64,000 nt of DNA from a virus. Taxonomy: Duplodnaviria > Caudoviricetes. Both the position numbers and the translations under genes were made by a program. Below are positions 9,574-17,274 of this stretch, in pieces. The notes beneath the pieces were generated by a model, which worked only from the letters and a program-made list of their open reading frames with translations, had not been told where the DNA came from and ran no database searches. Each line of letters begins with the position of its first letter. Positions within the stretch are counted from its first letter, which is position 1. The DNA is taken from IMG/VR virus record IMGVR_UViG_2791354774_000003. The stretch is one strand, 5' to 3'.

Positions 9574-10760
9574 CAGCCGACGACCGTGACGTTCACGTCC
9601 TCAGCGGCGCACACCAAGCGCTCGTAGAAGGCCACCTCCAAGTCAGAGGGCTCGCCCGGCGCAAAGCCGTCGCGCGTCGCTACCATGCCATCCGGCACGA
9701 TCTCGAACGGCGCATTGATCGGCGACTCCTTCAGGTTCGCGGCGTCATAGGCGCGGCTGAGCGGGAGACGGTTGCCAATGCCGAGGGCGTTGACCCAAGC
9801 CGCTACAGCCTGCTGGATCGCAGCCTTGGTATCGGCGGTGTAGCCGCGAAACACCCGGATCGGGATGTAGAACGCGACCTTGACAGGCTTGGAGCGGAAG
9901 AACCCGACGTCGTGCGGGACGCCGTAATTGTCGGTCACGGGCACGATGACGTCGCCGTAGGTGCCGACACCGGGGGTCTTCTTCCGCGCGATGATGCCCG
10001 CGATGTCGTTGACGTCCCCGCCATCCACCACGGCCGCGATAGAGTGGGCCGGCACGCCATAGACGTCGATGATGTTGCTGTCGTTCTCGTAGACCCGGCT
10101 CGCCGCCACACCCGATACTGCCATCAGGGCACCGCGGAGGGAGTCAAGCGGGGTGTTCGCCGGCAGGCCTGTGGAGAGCGTCTGTCGCTGCCGAAGCTGG
10201 AGGTCCGTTTCAACAGGCAAGCCGGGCGAAGCCGGGCTCGGGTTCGTGACCGACTGCCATCCAAGCGTCGGAGTTGCGACGATGGTGACGGTATTGGTCG
10301 GCGCCTGGACGTCGCCCTTCACCTGACAGGTTGCTGTTACGGTGATCTGTCCGCTGTTCGGGATGACAACCGGATCAGGCAGGCTCCATGCCACGCCGCT
10401 GGCATCTCGGGCCACGCCATCGGAAATGACCGAACCGACTTGGCCGACAATGAGGAGATCGACGGTGGAGAATGTCGCCGACTTCCGGCGGATGCCGTTC
10501 AGCTTGACCACCGAAGACAGCCCCTCCCCCTGCGCGGTCGAGGGCGAGAAGGCGTTGAAGACGGAGACGGTCTCACCGTTGCAGTCGTGGATCGCGTTCG
10601 CCAGCAGGGCCATGAATTGGCCATCCTGGCTGTCCGCGCCGAGATACACGTCCTGCCCATAGATGCCGCGGTAGGCCGTCTGCACGTAGCCTAGGACGCT
10701 CTCGAACGTCGGCCGCACGATACCGGCCGCGGTGATCTGACAAGTTGGGGTGGTGCCCAT
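9573..10760 (-). CDS. Baseplate J/gp47 family protein
   Basis: ETDLQLRQRQ, VYENDS, PAHSIAAVVDGG motifs. Confidence 0.9.
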   Translation of the reverse strand: MGTTPTCQITAAGIVRPTFESVLGYVQTAYRGIYGQDVYLGADSQDGQFMALLANAIHDCNGETVSVFNAFSPSTAQGEGLSSVVKLNGIRRKSATFSTVDLLIVGQVGSVISDGVARDASGVAWSLPDPVVIPNSGQITVTATCQVKGDVQAPTNTVTIVATPTLGWQSVTNPSPASPGLPVETDLQLRQRQTLSTGLPANTPLDSLRGALMAVSGVAASRVYENDSNIIDVYGVPAHSIAAVVDGGDVNDIAGIIARKKTPGVGTYGDVIVPVTDNYGVPHDVGFFRSKPVKVAFYIPIRVFRGYTADTKAAIQQAVAAWVNALGIGNRLPLSRAYDAANLKESPINAPFEIVPDGMVATRDGFAPGEPSDLEVAFYERLVCAAEDVNVTVVG

Positions 10761-10761
10761 A

Positions 10762-11157
10762 TCAGCGCGCCTCGCGGACCGACGTGGTGACGGTCGCGGT
10801 GTTGACGGTCCGGCCCTGCTGGTCGGTCCGGCTGAAATCGGTGATGATCGCCGCGCTGACCAAGAAGCCGCGGGTATCGCGGTTCAGGACGCTGCTGTAG
10901 TCCGCGATCTCGGTAACGCCGGGCGTGTCGAGGATGCGAGCGCGCAGAGCCGGATCACGCATCGCCTCGGTGCGCTTGCCGAGCACCTGTGTCTCGTAGG
11001 GCGTGCCCTCGTCGAGATCCAAGTACCACTGGCCAGACCAGAGTTGCAGGCGGCTCTCTACGATCTGGGCGACTGCGTCGGGCGTGTCGCGGTGGAAGGC
11101 CGCTTGGTTGCCGCCGAACACGTAGTCGCCGGTCGCATCGACTTTCCGAACCCGCAT
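10762..11157 (-). CDS. Baseplate sheath-initiator (gp25/W-like) protein
   Basis: RLQLWSGQWYLDLDEGTPY...RILDTPGV; gene position. Confidence 0.75.
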   Translation of the reverse strand: MRVRKVDATGDYVFGGNQAAFHRDTPDAVAQIVESRLQLWSGQWYLDLDEGTPYETQVLGKRTEAMRDPALRARILDTPGVTEIADYSSVLNRDTRGFLVSAAIITDFSRTDQQGRTVNTATVTTSVREAR

Positions 11158-11978
11158 CAGCGGATCACCTTAGCGAGCGTGTAGGAAGCGCGTTGGACGC
11201 CGTCAGAGGGCGCCTGGGCGGCCATGGCGATCAGAACGGCACCCGCGCCGATCAGGGCGCCCACAAAGCCGTTGGCGATGCCTGTGAAGCCGCCGCCGAC
11301 CTGTCCAGTCAGGGTAGGTGCCTTGAAGCTCTTGTCCGAACTCACGGCATCGGTGAAGTGCGCGGCGCCCTTGAAGGTCGTGCCCTTGGCGGCATCCACA
11401 GCGAGCGCCGTCGAAGTCTTGATGGAGATGCCGCCGGTCGGGTTCACCGAGACCACGTGCTTGCCCCCATCGGCCGCCATGGACGGCCCGTTCTTTGGGT
11501 GGAGGTCGAACACGTGCTTCCCGTCGTCGGACCGCATCTGCGCCGACTCCGTCGAGTAGTTCTCCAGCTTGCGCTTGCCGCTGCGAACGCCGGGGATGAA
11601 GAAGCCGTCCGACAGGCTGTTCCGCCGAGCATCGATCGCTGGCTGCGCGCCGCCCTGCTGATGCCATGCATCAAAGCCGCGCGAGGCGACAAGATAGATC
11701 CCCTCCTCGCCAGACTTGATCGGAAAGGTTGCTGTAGTCCCCCCACCGCTCGCGAACTGGATCGGCACGTCAGAGAACGGAGGCATCTCCACCAGTTCCT
11801 TGCTGCCGTCTGGCTTCCTGCGCACCGCCTTCACGAGCGCCTTTAGCTTCACGGTGTGGCCGTCCTTGCTGTCCTCGGACACGCCGACCGGGATCGCGAT
11901 GTGCAGGCCCGAGAGCACCGCGTCGCGGATCGTCTCGTGCATCTCGGTCTCGTCGTCGAAGCGGTAACGCAGATCCAT
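11157..11978 (-). CDS. Central spike (Gp138/gpV-like)
   Basis: DVPIQFASGGG...FPIKSGEEG, RRNSLSDGFFIPG OB-fold motifs. Confidence 0.85.
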   Translation of the reverse strand: MDLRYRFDDETEMHETIRDAVLSGLHIAIPVGVSEDSKDGHTVKLKALVKAVRRKPDGSKELVEMPPFSDVPIQFASGGGTTATFPIKSGEEGIYLVASRGFDAWHQQGGAQPAIDARRNSLSDGFFIPGVRSGKRKLENYSTESAQMRSDDGKHVFDLHPKNGPSMAADGGKHVVSVNPTGGISIKTSTALAVDAAKGTTFKGAAHFTDAVSSDKSFKAPTLTGQVGGGFTGIANGFVGALIGAGAVLIAMAAQAPSDGVQRASYTLAKVIR

Positions 11979-12952
11979 CAGTTGCCCTCCGCGTCCGAGA
12001 TGCCGCGCGAGATCAGCGCGGGGGAATAACCGCCATCAGCCTTCACGCAGACGATCTCGGTGTACCAATTTGGTCCACGGGTATCGCCGTTGTGCTCAAC
12101 CAGCAGAGCCTTGTAGAAGCCGTCTGCCGCGATCCCGAGGATGCCGCTCTGCAAGGCTTCGTTCGGGCTCTGATCTCGGAAGAACGTGTTCTGCGCGCCT
12201 GCCGCGTAGGCCGGGCTGATCGCCGCCCGCTGAATGCTTGACTCATTAATCTGAAGCTTCGTGCCGGGCCGGATGCGGTAGTTCAGCAGGCACCGGACGA
12301 TGACCCCCTGAAGCGTCTGCTCCGGCAGTCCCACCATGCCCGTGTCGGAGTTCAGAACCACTGCGCCGTCAGGCAGCGTGTTCTGGTTCTTGAGGATGTT
12401 CAGCTTGCCGTTGTGGATGTGCCATGAGGCGCCGGTCGCCTCACAGACCTCTCGCAGCAAGTCTTTCGCCATGCCGAAGCAGATGAAGTTGCGCGGGAAT
12501 TTCTTGTTGCCGAGGTCGTCGATGTGCCCGACGCTGACGCCGTACTCCTGAAGCGCCTTAGCGGCGACATCAACCCGATCCCGGAAGGTGTGGCCCGCAG
12601 CGAGCGCCTTGTTGACCACCGCGAAGTTGCGGGGGCGCTCCGAGCCGGTGGCGAGGATGTGGACGTAGGTGTCCACGACGTTCTCCCGACCGGACCGCAC
12701 TTGAATGATCTCACCGGAGAAGATCGTGCCGATGTCCTGATCGTAGCCGGCGCTGATCTCGACCTTCTTGTACTCCTCGCGGATCGCCTCGATGGTCGTC
12801 CGGCTCGGGTTCGTGATGAACAAGTTCAGGACGTGCGGCGTCGAGGTGTCTTTCTGCTGCGTCGCAAACCGCATGCGAAGGCTACTCGGATCAAGCGCCT
12901 TGCCGCCGACCGTGAAACTGGCCTTCCAGTTTCGAGCGTATTGCTGTCCCAT
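11978..12952 (-). CDS. Baseplate hub protein
   Basis: ISAGYD, IFSGEI, LNSDTGMVGLPE, GDTRGPNWYT motifs. Confidence 0.85.
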   Translation of the reverse strand: MGQQYARNWKASFTVGGKALDPSSLRMRFATQQKDTSTPHVLNLFITNPSRTTIEAIREEYKKVEISAGYDQDIGTIFSGEIIQVRSGRENVVDTYVHILATGSERPRNFAVVNKALAAGHTFRDRVDVAAKALQEYGVSVGHIDDLGNKKFPRNFICFGMAKDLLREVCEATGASWHIHNGKLNILKNQNTLPDGAVVLNSDTGMVGLPEQTLQGVIVRCLLNYRIRPGTKLQINESSIQRAAISPAYAAGAQNTFFRDQSPNEALQSGILGIAADGFYKALLVEHNGDTRGPNWYTEIVCVKADGGYSPALISRGISDAEGN

Positions 12953-12958
12953 CGCCCG

Positions 12959-13270
12959 TCAGATCGTCACGAAATAGAGGTGCGATGTGGCGCCGAGGCC
13001 ATCAAAGGTCGGGATCTCGCCGGTATCGCGGTCGGTCGTCACCACCAGCGCTCCTGGCCAGTCCATGTGCGCGTGCTGGGCGAGCAGATCGACGCCCGGA
13101 ATGAGCGGCACGCCGGCAAGGAGGAGCGCGCCGCCCTGGTCGCCAATGTCGAGCGTCCAGCCGCCCTCGTCGGCATCGTTGAACATCAAGCGCATTCGGT
13201 AAGACACACCACCGAGCGTGATGGAAAATGACTGCGCCTCAGGCGTCAGCGGGATTTCGACGATCGCCAC
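12959..13270 (-). CDS. Baseplate plug protein
   Basis: QSFSITLGG...GWTLDI...GVPLIPGVDLLAQH. Confidence 0.8.
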   Translation of the reverse strand: MAIVEIPLTPEAQSFSITLGGVSYRMRLMFNDADEGGWTLDIGDQGGALLLAGVPLIPGVDLLAQHAHMDWPGALVVTTDRDTGEIPTFDGLGATSHLYFVTI

Positions 13271-13273
13271 AGA

Positions 13274-14053
13274 TCAAGATCCGAAGACATTATAGGGGTC
13301 CGCGTAGACGCCCCCGGCGCCTGCCGAAGGGCTGCTTCCCACCACACTCTGTTCAGGCAGCGTCACCTCAAGCGGCCCGCCCGAGCTGATGCCGTCCAAG
13401 CCGAATTGGTTAGGGCTCAGGCCGAACGAGCCATTTCCGTCTGTGCCGAAGCCACCTGGAGAAAAGCTTGGATTGTTCGGGTTGAAGTTCGGCTGGGCGG
13501 CGCCGATGAATTCTTGGTTGCCGACGCCGACGCCCTGTTGCTCGCCCTTATTCTGCACGCTACCCGTGGACTCAGGATTGGCCTGCGCACTCTGCGAACC
13601 GCCGGCCGTCGTCGTGCTCGTGCCCGTACCCGTCGTTTTAGTAGAGACGATGATGATCTGCTGGAGCCGCACCGCGACAGCCAGCACGTTCTCTGTCCTC
13701 GCCTCCGTCGTCACGCCAAGATCGGCGATGAGCATGTCGCGGTAGGCGCGCTTGCCGGTATAGACGCTAAACGGCTGCCGCGAGGCTTGGAGGCGCCTTA
13801 GCGCGTCGTAAACCTGCCTCGCATACCCCGCATCGCCGTGGGACGAATTGGAGAACCCGCACCGCATCTCAACCTCGGCAGGCCGCAAGAATGCGTGATC
13901 GGTGATCGCCGCGCCCTTCTCCACGGGGTGCTGCGTGATGATGAGGCTGTCGCGGTGGGTTTCCTCGATCACGACATCGGGGATGATGCCACCGATGGAC
14001 CGCGAGGACGTAGAGATCAGGGCGTAAGTCAGCTCGCCAAGAAGGGCCATCAA
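13274..14053 (-). CDS. Dit-like / tube-initiator baseplate protein
   Basis: EETHRDSLIITQHPVEKGAAITDHA motif. Confidence 0.85.
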   Translation of the reverse strand: MMALLGELTYALISTSSRSIGGIIPDVVIEETHRDSLIITQHPVEKGAAITDHAFLRPAEVEMRCGFSNSSHGDAGYARQVYDALRRLQASRQPFSVYTGKRAYRDMLIADLGVTTEARTENVLAVAVRLQQIIIVSTKTTGTGTSTTTAGGSQSAQANPESTGSVQNKGEQQGVGVGNQEFIGAAQPNFNPNNPSFSPGGFGTDGNGSFGLSPNQFGLDGISSGGPLEVTLPEQSVVGSSPSAGAGGVYADPYNVFGS

Positions 14054-14063
14054 CGAAACCCGC

Positions 14064-14116
14064 GTATCACGAGGCGATACAAAATTGTTGACGTGGATGT
14101 ATCATCGTGCGATACA
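14064..14116 (+). promoter_or_regulatory. higBA promoter with two palindromic operators
   Basis: GTATC-N7-GATAC at 14064-14080 and 14099-14115 flanking TTGACG (14088-14093). Confidence 0.7.
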
Positions 14117-14142
14117 TGGGCCGTTCAGACGCGAGCTGCCAC

Positions 14143-14427
14143 GTGGCGATCCAGAGCTTTCACGACAGCCTGACCGAGACAGTGGCGCAAGGTCTGCGCC
14201 CGAAGGGTTTCCCGGCCGACCTGTTCAAGGCGACGCGGCGTAAGCTGGCAGCCTTGAACGCCGCTGAGACCCTGGAGGACCTTCGCTCGCCGCCCGGCAA
14301 TCGGCTTCACGCCTTGGAGCGCGACCGCGCCGGCCAGCACGCGATCCGCATCAATGATCAATTCCGTCTCTGCTTCGTCTGGACCGAAGCCGGGCCGGAG
14401 CGGGTCGAGTTCACCGACTATCACTGA
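14143..14427 (+). CDS. higB: HigB (RelE/ParE family) toxin
   Basis: LRSPPGNRLHALERDRAGQHAIRINDQFRLCFVW...DYH. Confidence 0.93.
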   Translation: MAIQSFHDSLTETVAQGLRPKGFPADLFKATRRKLAALNAAETLEDLRSPPGNRLHALERDRAGQHAIRINDQFRLCFVWTEAGPERVEFTDYH

Positions 14428-14465
14428 CCGCCCGTCACCACTCCGCCGCCACGGAGATCCGTCCG

Positions 14466-14816
14466 ATGACCGCTTATCCGCCCCTTGCCGAACTACGCGC
14501 CCTCGACCTCACTCAGATTGAGGAGATCACATCTCCCATCCACCCCGGCGAAATCCTCCGGGAGGAGTATCTCGTGCCGCTCAACCTGTCGGCCGGCGCC
14601 GTTGCTCGCGCCTGCGGCGTGCCGCGCACCCGCATCGAGCGGATCGCAACGGAGGAGACCGGGATTTCGACCGACACGGCGCTGCGGCTCGGGCGTTACT
14701 TCGGCACCACCCCCGCGTTCTGGCTCAACCTTCAGCGCAAGTACGAAATCGACGTCTTGGACCGCGAGATCGGGGCAGAGATCGCTGCGATCAGACCGTT
14801 GGAGACGGCTGCATGA
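14466..14816 (+). CDS. higA: HigA antitoxin (XRE HTH)
   Basis: PIHPGEILREEYL...ALRLGRYFGTTPAFWLNLQ. Confidence 0.93.
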   Translation: MTAYPPLAELRALDLTQIEEITSPIHPGEILREEYLVPLNLSAGAVARACGVPRTRIERIATEETGISTDTALRLGRYFGTTPAFWLNLQRKYEIDVLDREIGAEIAAIRPLETAA

Positions 14817-15058
14817 GTGTTGGCACCGTCACTTTGGATCAGGCGCCACCGCGCGATCTCGACGTGGTGCGCCTGCTGTCAGATGCCGTAGGAGACGAAG
14901 GCGAGCGCATACCGTCTGGGTCTGAAGGTACGGTCGTGCATGTCGTCAATCTGGGTGACACCTACGTGGTCGAATTCGATGTCCCAGCTTTAGGTACGCT
15001 TGCAACGGTAGGCGCTCAAGCCCTAGCGGTCGTGTGGCTGGTATCGTCCATTAAGTGA
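14813..15058 (+). CDS. DUF4926-like SH3-fold protein
   Basis: LDVVRLL...IPSGSEGTVVHV...YVVEF. Confidence 0.7.
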   Translation: MSVGTVTLDQAPPRDLDVVRLLSDAVGDEGERIPSGSEGTVVHVVNLGDTYVVEFDVPALGTLATVGAQALAVVWLVSSIK

Positions 15059-15060
15059 GT

Positions 15061-15114
15061 GACGAGGGCGGCACCTCTCGGCTGGGGCGCGCTGATACAT
15101 CGGCCGCCCTCGCC
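15061..15114 (-). ncRNA. TIGR-like stem-loop guide unit 6
   Basis: GGCGAGGGCGG CCG ATGTATCAG CG CGCC CCA GCCGAGAGG TG CCGCCCTCGTC. Confidence 0.8.
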
Positions 15115-15138
15115 TCACCGCCGAGGCGGTGTCTGCGA

Positions 15139-16119
15139 TTAGTGGGTGAGAGCGGCGCCTGCCATTTGGGTGCCGTCCATCAGATGGCCACCCTCACCCT
15201 TCCTCCATTGGGACCAGAGGTCCCGGAGAAATCGCTTCTCGACGTAGCGCTGCGCCCGATTGTGCGCGTGCGCCTTGGTCTCGACCCGTTCGGCCTCGTA
15301 GACCTTCCGTGCGTCGTAAATTACCTTGAGCGGCCCGCCAGCCTTCACGATGCAGGCACCGAGGTTCCACATCACCGAGCGCCGAGCCGGGCTGTACCCG
15401 TGGTCAAGCGCCTCGACACCACCGACACGCCGCTGCCGGCCGCCATCAGGCATCACGGCCAGCCCCATGCGCTTCCATAGTTTGGCGGGATTGCCGTAGG
15501 AGCCGAGATCCCCAGCCTCGCCGACGATGGCCGCCAGAGACAGCAAGCCGACGCCGCGTGTGGCCTCAACCCACGGCGCGACGGGTAGCCCCTTCGCCAA
15601 GGCCACTAGCCGCTTCTCAACAGCCCTGCGGTGGCGCTCGACACCATCTCGGGCTTCGGTCAGAGGAAACATTGCAGCCAGGGCAACCTCACCCATGGGA
15701 TGAGAGCCTTTGCCGATGGCGGCACCGTAGATCTTGTCCGCTTCCTTTTTGTCGCCGCCCTCAGCGAGGCGACGGCACAGGGCCTTTGCCTGCAAGGTCA
15801 ACGACTTCTCGGCGCGGTGCCACGCCTGCCGGCGCCGCCATTGTTCACGGACCTCTGCAATAAGGTCGGCGAGGTCGGCAGGGGGTAGTTGGATAACGCG
15901 TCTGCCATGGCCGGCCTCGCCTTCGCCGGCCTCACGGTCGGCGATCTCGGTATCATGGGCGACGAGGCTGGCAGTGGTTGTATGGGTGCCACGAAGGCAC
16001 TGGCCAGCCTCGTCATCGGCGTTACCGCCGATTGGGTAAAGGGGTGCGGTGGGCGACGCATCGTGATGGGGTGGCAGATGTTCAACGGTCGCCCGACCGC
16101 GCCGGGACGTGCCCGGCAT
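15139..16119 (-). CDS. TasA-like Nop / IS110-C-terminal-domain RNA-binding protein with no RuvC or HNH nuclease
   Basis: Coiled coil followed by RGVGLLSLAAIVGEAGDLGSYGNPAKLWKRMGLAV; no DEDD domain; the only nearby in-frame ATG with an RBS is at 16119; flanked and overlapped by guide-like units. Confidence 0.8.
   Translation of the reverse strand: MPGTSRRGRATVEHLPPHHDASPTAPLYPIGGNADDEAGQCLRGTHTTTASLVAHDTEIADREAGEGEAGHGRRVIQLPPADLADLIAEVREQWRRRQAWHRAEKSLTLQAKALCRRLAEGGDKKEADKIYGAAIGKGSHPMGEVALAAMFPLTEARDGVERHRRAVEKRLVALAKGLPVAPWVEATRGVGLLSLAAIVGEAGDLGSYGNPAKLWKRMGLAVMPDGGRQRRVGGVEALDHGYSPARRSVMWNLGACIVKAGGPLKVIYDARKVYEAERVETKAHAHNRAQRYVEKRFLRDLWSQWRKGEGGHLMDGTQMAGAALTH
15144..15199 (-). ncRNA. 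TIGR-like stem-loop guide unit 5 (inside the 3' end of the TasA-like ORF)
   Basis: GGGTGAGGGTGG CCA TCTGATGGA CG GCAC CCA AATGGCAGG CG CCGCTCTCACCC. Confidence 0.8.
15868..15921 (-). ncRNA. TIGR-like stem-loop guide unit 4
   Basis: GGCGAGGCCGG CCA TGGCAGACG CG TTAT CCA ACTACCCCC TG CCGACCTCGCC. Confidence 0.8.
15961..16014 (-). ncRNA. TIGR-like stem-loop guide unit 3
   Basis: GACGAGGCTGG CCA GTGCCTTCG TG GCAC CCA TACAACCAC TG CCAGCCTCGTC (perfect 11-bp stem). Confidence 0.85.
16046..16100 (-). ncRNA. TIGR-like stem-loop guide unit 2
   Basis: GCGGTCGGGCGA CCG TTGAACATC TG CCAC CCC ATCACGATG CG TCGCCCACCGC. Confidence 0.75.
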
Positions 16120-16126
16120 CTCTGAA

Positions 16127-16651
16127 TTACTCCGCGAGGCCACGTGCCGCCTCCTGCAATTCGCGCAGGCGCCGATCGGTGAGCACATCGCCAGCCGTCT
16201 TGTCGCCCGGCACAGACTGAGCCACGAGGCGCAGCCAGCGCGCCTTGACCCCCATATCCGTTGCCTGCGCATCGTAGAACTGCGCGGCCTCTGCAATCTC
16301 CTCTCGGGTCGCCTCACCGAGCTTCTTGCCGCCGGGGAGCGGGAACATGAGGAGCGTGCCAGCCGCGAGTTGCACCACGCGGTGCGAACCGTTCGTGCGG
16401 TTGGCGACCAGCTTCTCGGCCGGCGGGGTCCACACCTTCCGGCGCTCGACGCGGCACTGTGCGGTCACGGCGGCGTAGCAAGCGGTCGAGAGAAGTGGGT
16501 CGGTCAGATCGTCTCGCAGACGACGGTTGTTGCGCACGGACTGCTCCAGGGCGCGGGTCGCCTCACGCACATCGCCGTTCGCGGCTTCCAAAGCGGCACG
16601 AGCCGCCTCGGCAACGAGATCTCTTTCCTTGGGCTTTGCTGAAGCGGCCAT
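16127..16651 (-). CDS. Hypothetical helical protein (174 aa), candidate Tas partner
   Basis: GGAG RBS plus ATG (MAASAKPKERDL...); lies between guide units 1 and 2, directly upstream of the TasA-like gene. Confidence 0.75.
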   Translation of the reverse strand: MAASAKPKERDLVAEAARAALEAANGDVREATRALEQSVRNNRRLRDDLTDPLLSTACYAAVTAQCRVERRKVWTPPAEKLVANRTNGSHRVVQLAAGTLLMFPLPGGKKLGEATREEIAEAAQFYDAQATDMGVKARWLRLVAQSVPGDKTAGDVLTDRRLRELQEAARGLAE

Positions 16652-16782
16652 GTCGGGTCTCCACGGGCGCCGGCCCGCCAGGGCCTGAAGCGCGTACAGG
16701 TGGTCGGAAGCGACCGCCGGCACCCGTGAAGTCGGGGAACTCGGGATCGCGCTTGATACCGCCCTGGCGGGGCGGGATAGGT

Positions 16783-16836
16783 GCAGACGACGACAGAACG
16801 GTATTGGGCGGCACTGCCGATACGGTCGTCGTCCGC
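16783..16836 (-). ncRNA. TIGR-like stem-loop guide unit 1
   Basis: GCGGACGACGA CCG TATCGGCAG TG CCGC CCA ATACCGTTC TG TCGTCGTCTGC. Confidence 0.8.
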
Positions 16837-16860
16837 TTCCGTCTTCCGACGGATCTGCGA

Positions 16861-17262
16861 TTAGGATTGGCGCCAGTCGTAGCCGACAGCACTCAGAACG
16901 AGCGCCGCTCGGGTCGTTGGGCAGGCTGCGCGGCAAAAATAATCAACCGCGTCGCTGCCCTTGGGCACCCACTGCAAGTACGGCAACTCGCGGGTGTCTT
17001 GAGCGCAGGCCTCCGGAAACCCCGCCGGCATCGTCACCCCCTCTCGGGATAGAGAAGCAGCGCGCGCAACCGCTTTTCGATAGGAGTGCTGCGCCAGGAT
17101 CTCGCGATGCTTATGAACGATGAAACCGAGATAGGCATCGAACAGTCGGTCAGTGACGGGCTCGGCAACAGCCGTTGGCGAGCCGATGAGAGTGACGCCA
17201 CCTCCGATCAAAGGCAGTGTCGTGAGGCCGCGAAGGAAACCGCGCCGGGAGTGGTTGGACAT
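16861..17262 (-). CDS. Hypothetical protein with a twin-arginine-like N-terminus
   Basis: MSNHSRRGFLRGL; GAGG RBS. Confidence 0.65.
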   Translation of the reverse strand: MSNHSRRGFLRGLTTLPLIGGGVTLIGSPTAVAEPVTDRLFDAYLGFIVHKHREILAQHSYRKAVARAASLSREGVTMPAGFPEACAQDTRELPYLQWVPKGSDAVDYFCRAACPTTRAALVLSAVGYDWRQS

Positions 17263-17274
17263 TGCCCCCTCCCC

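Noticed and set aside
15139-16317. IS110 transposase / insertion sequence
   Set aside because: No N-terminal DEDD RuvC domain and no catalytic SG motif after GL; the guide-like units fit a Tas-like protein better. The 16317 start overlaps the upstream gene.
16655-16775. HDV-like ribozyme
   Set aside because: The crossing helices lack room for the P4 and J4/2 catalytic strand.
15061-16836. CRISPR array or rho-independent terminators
   Set aside because: No identical direct repeats or cas genes; the stems lack U-tracts and enclose a fixed 32-nt patterned loop.
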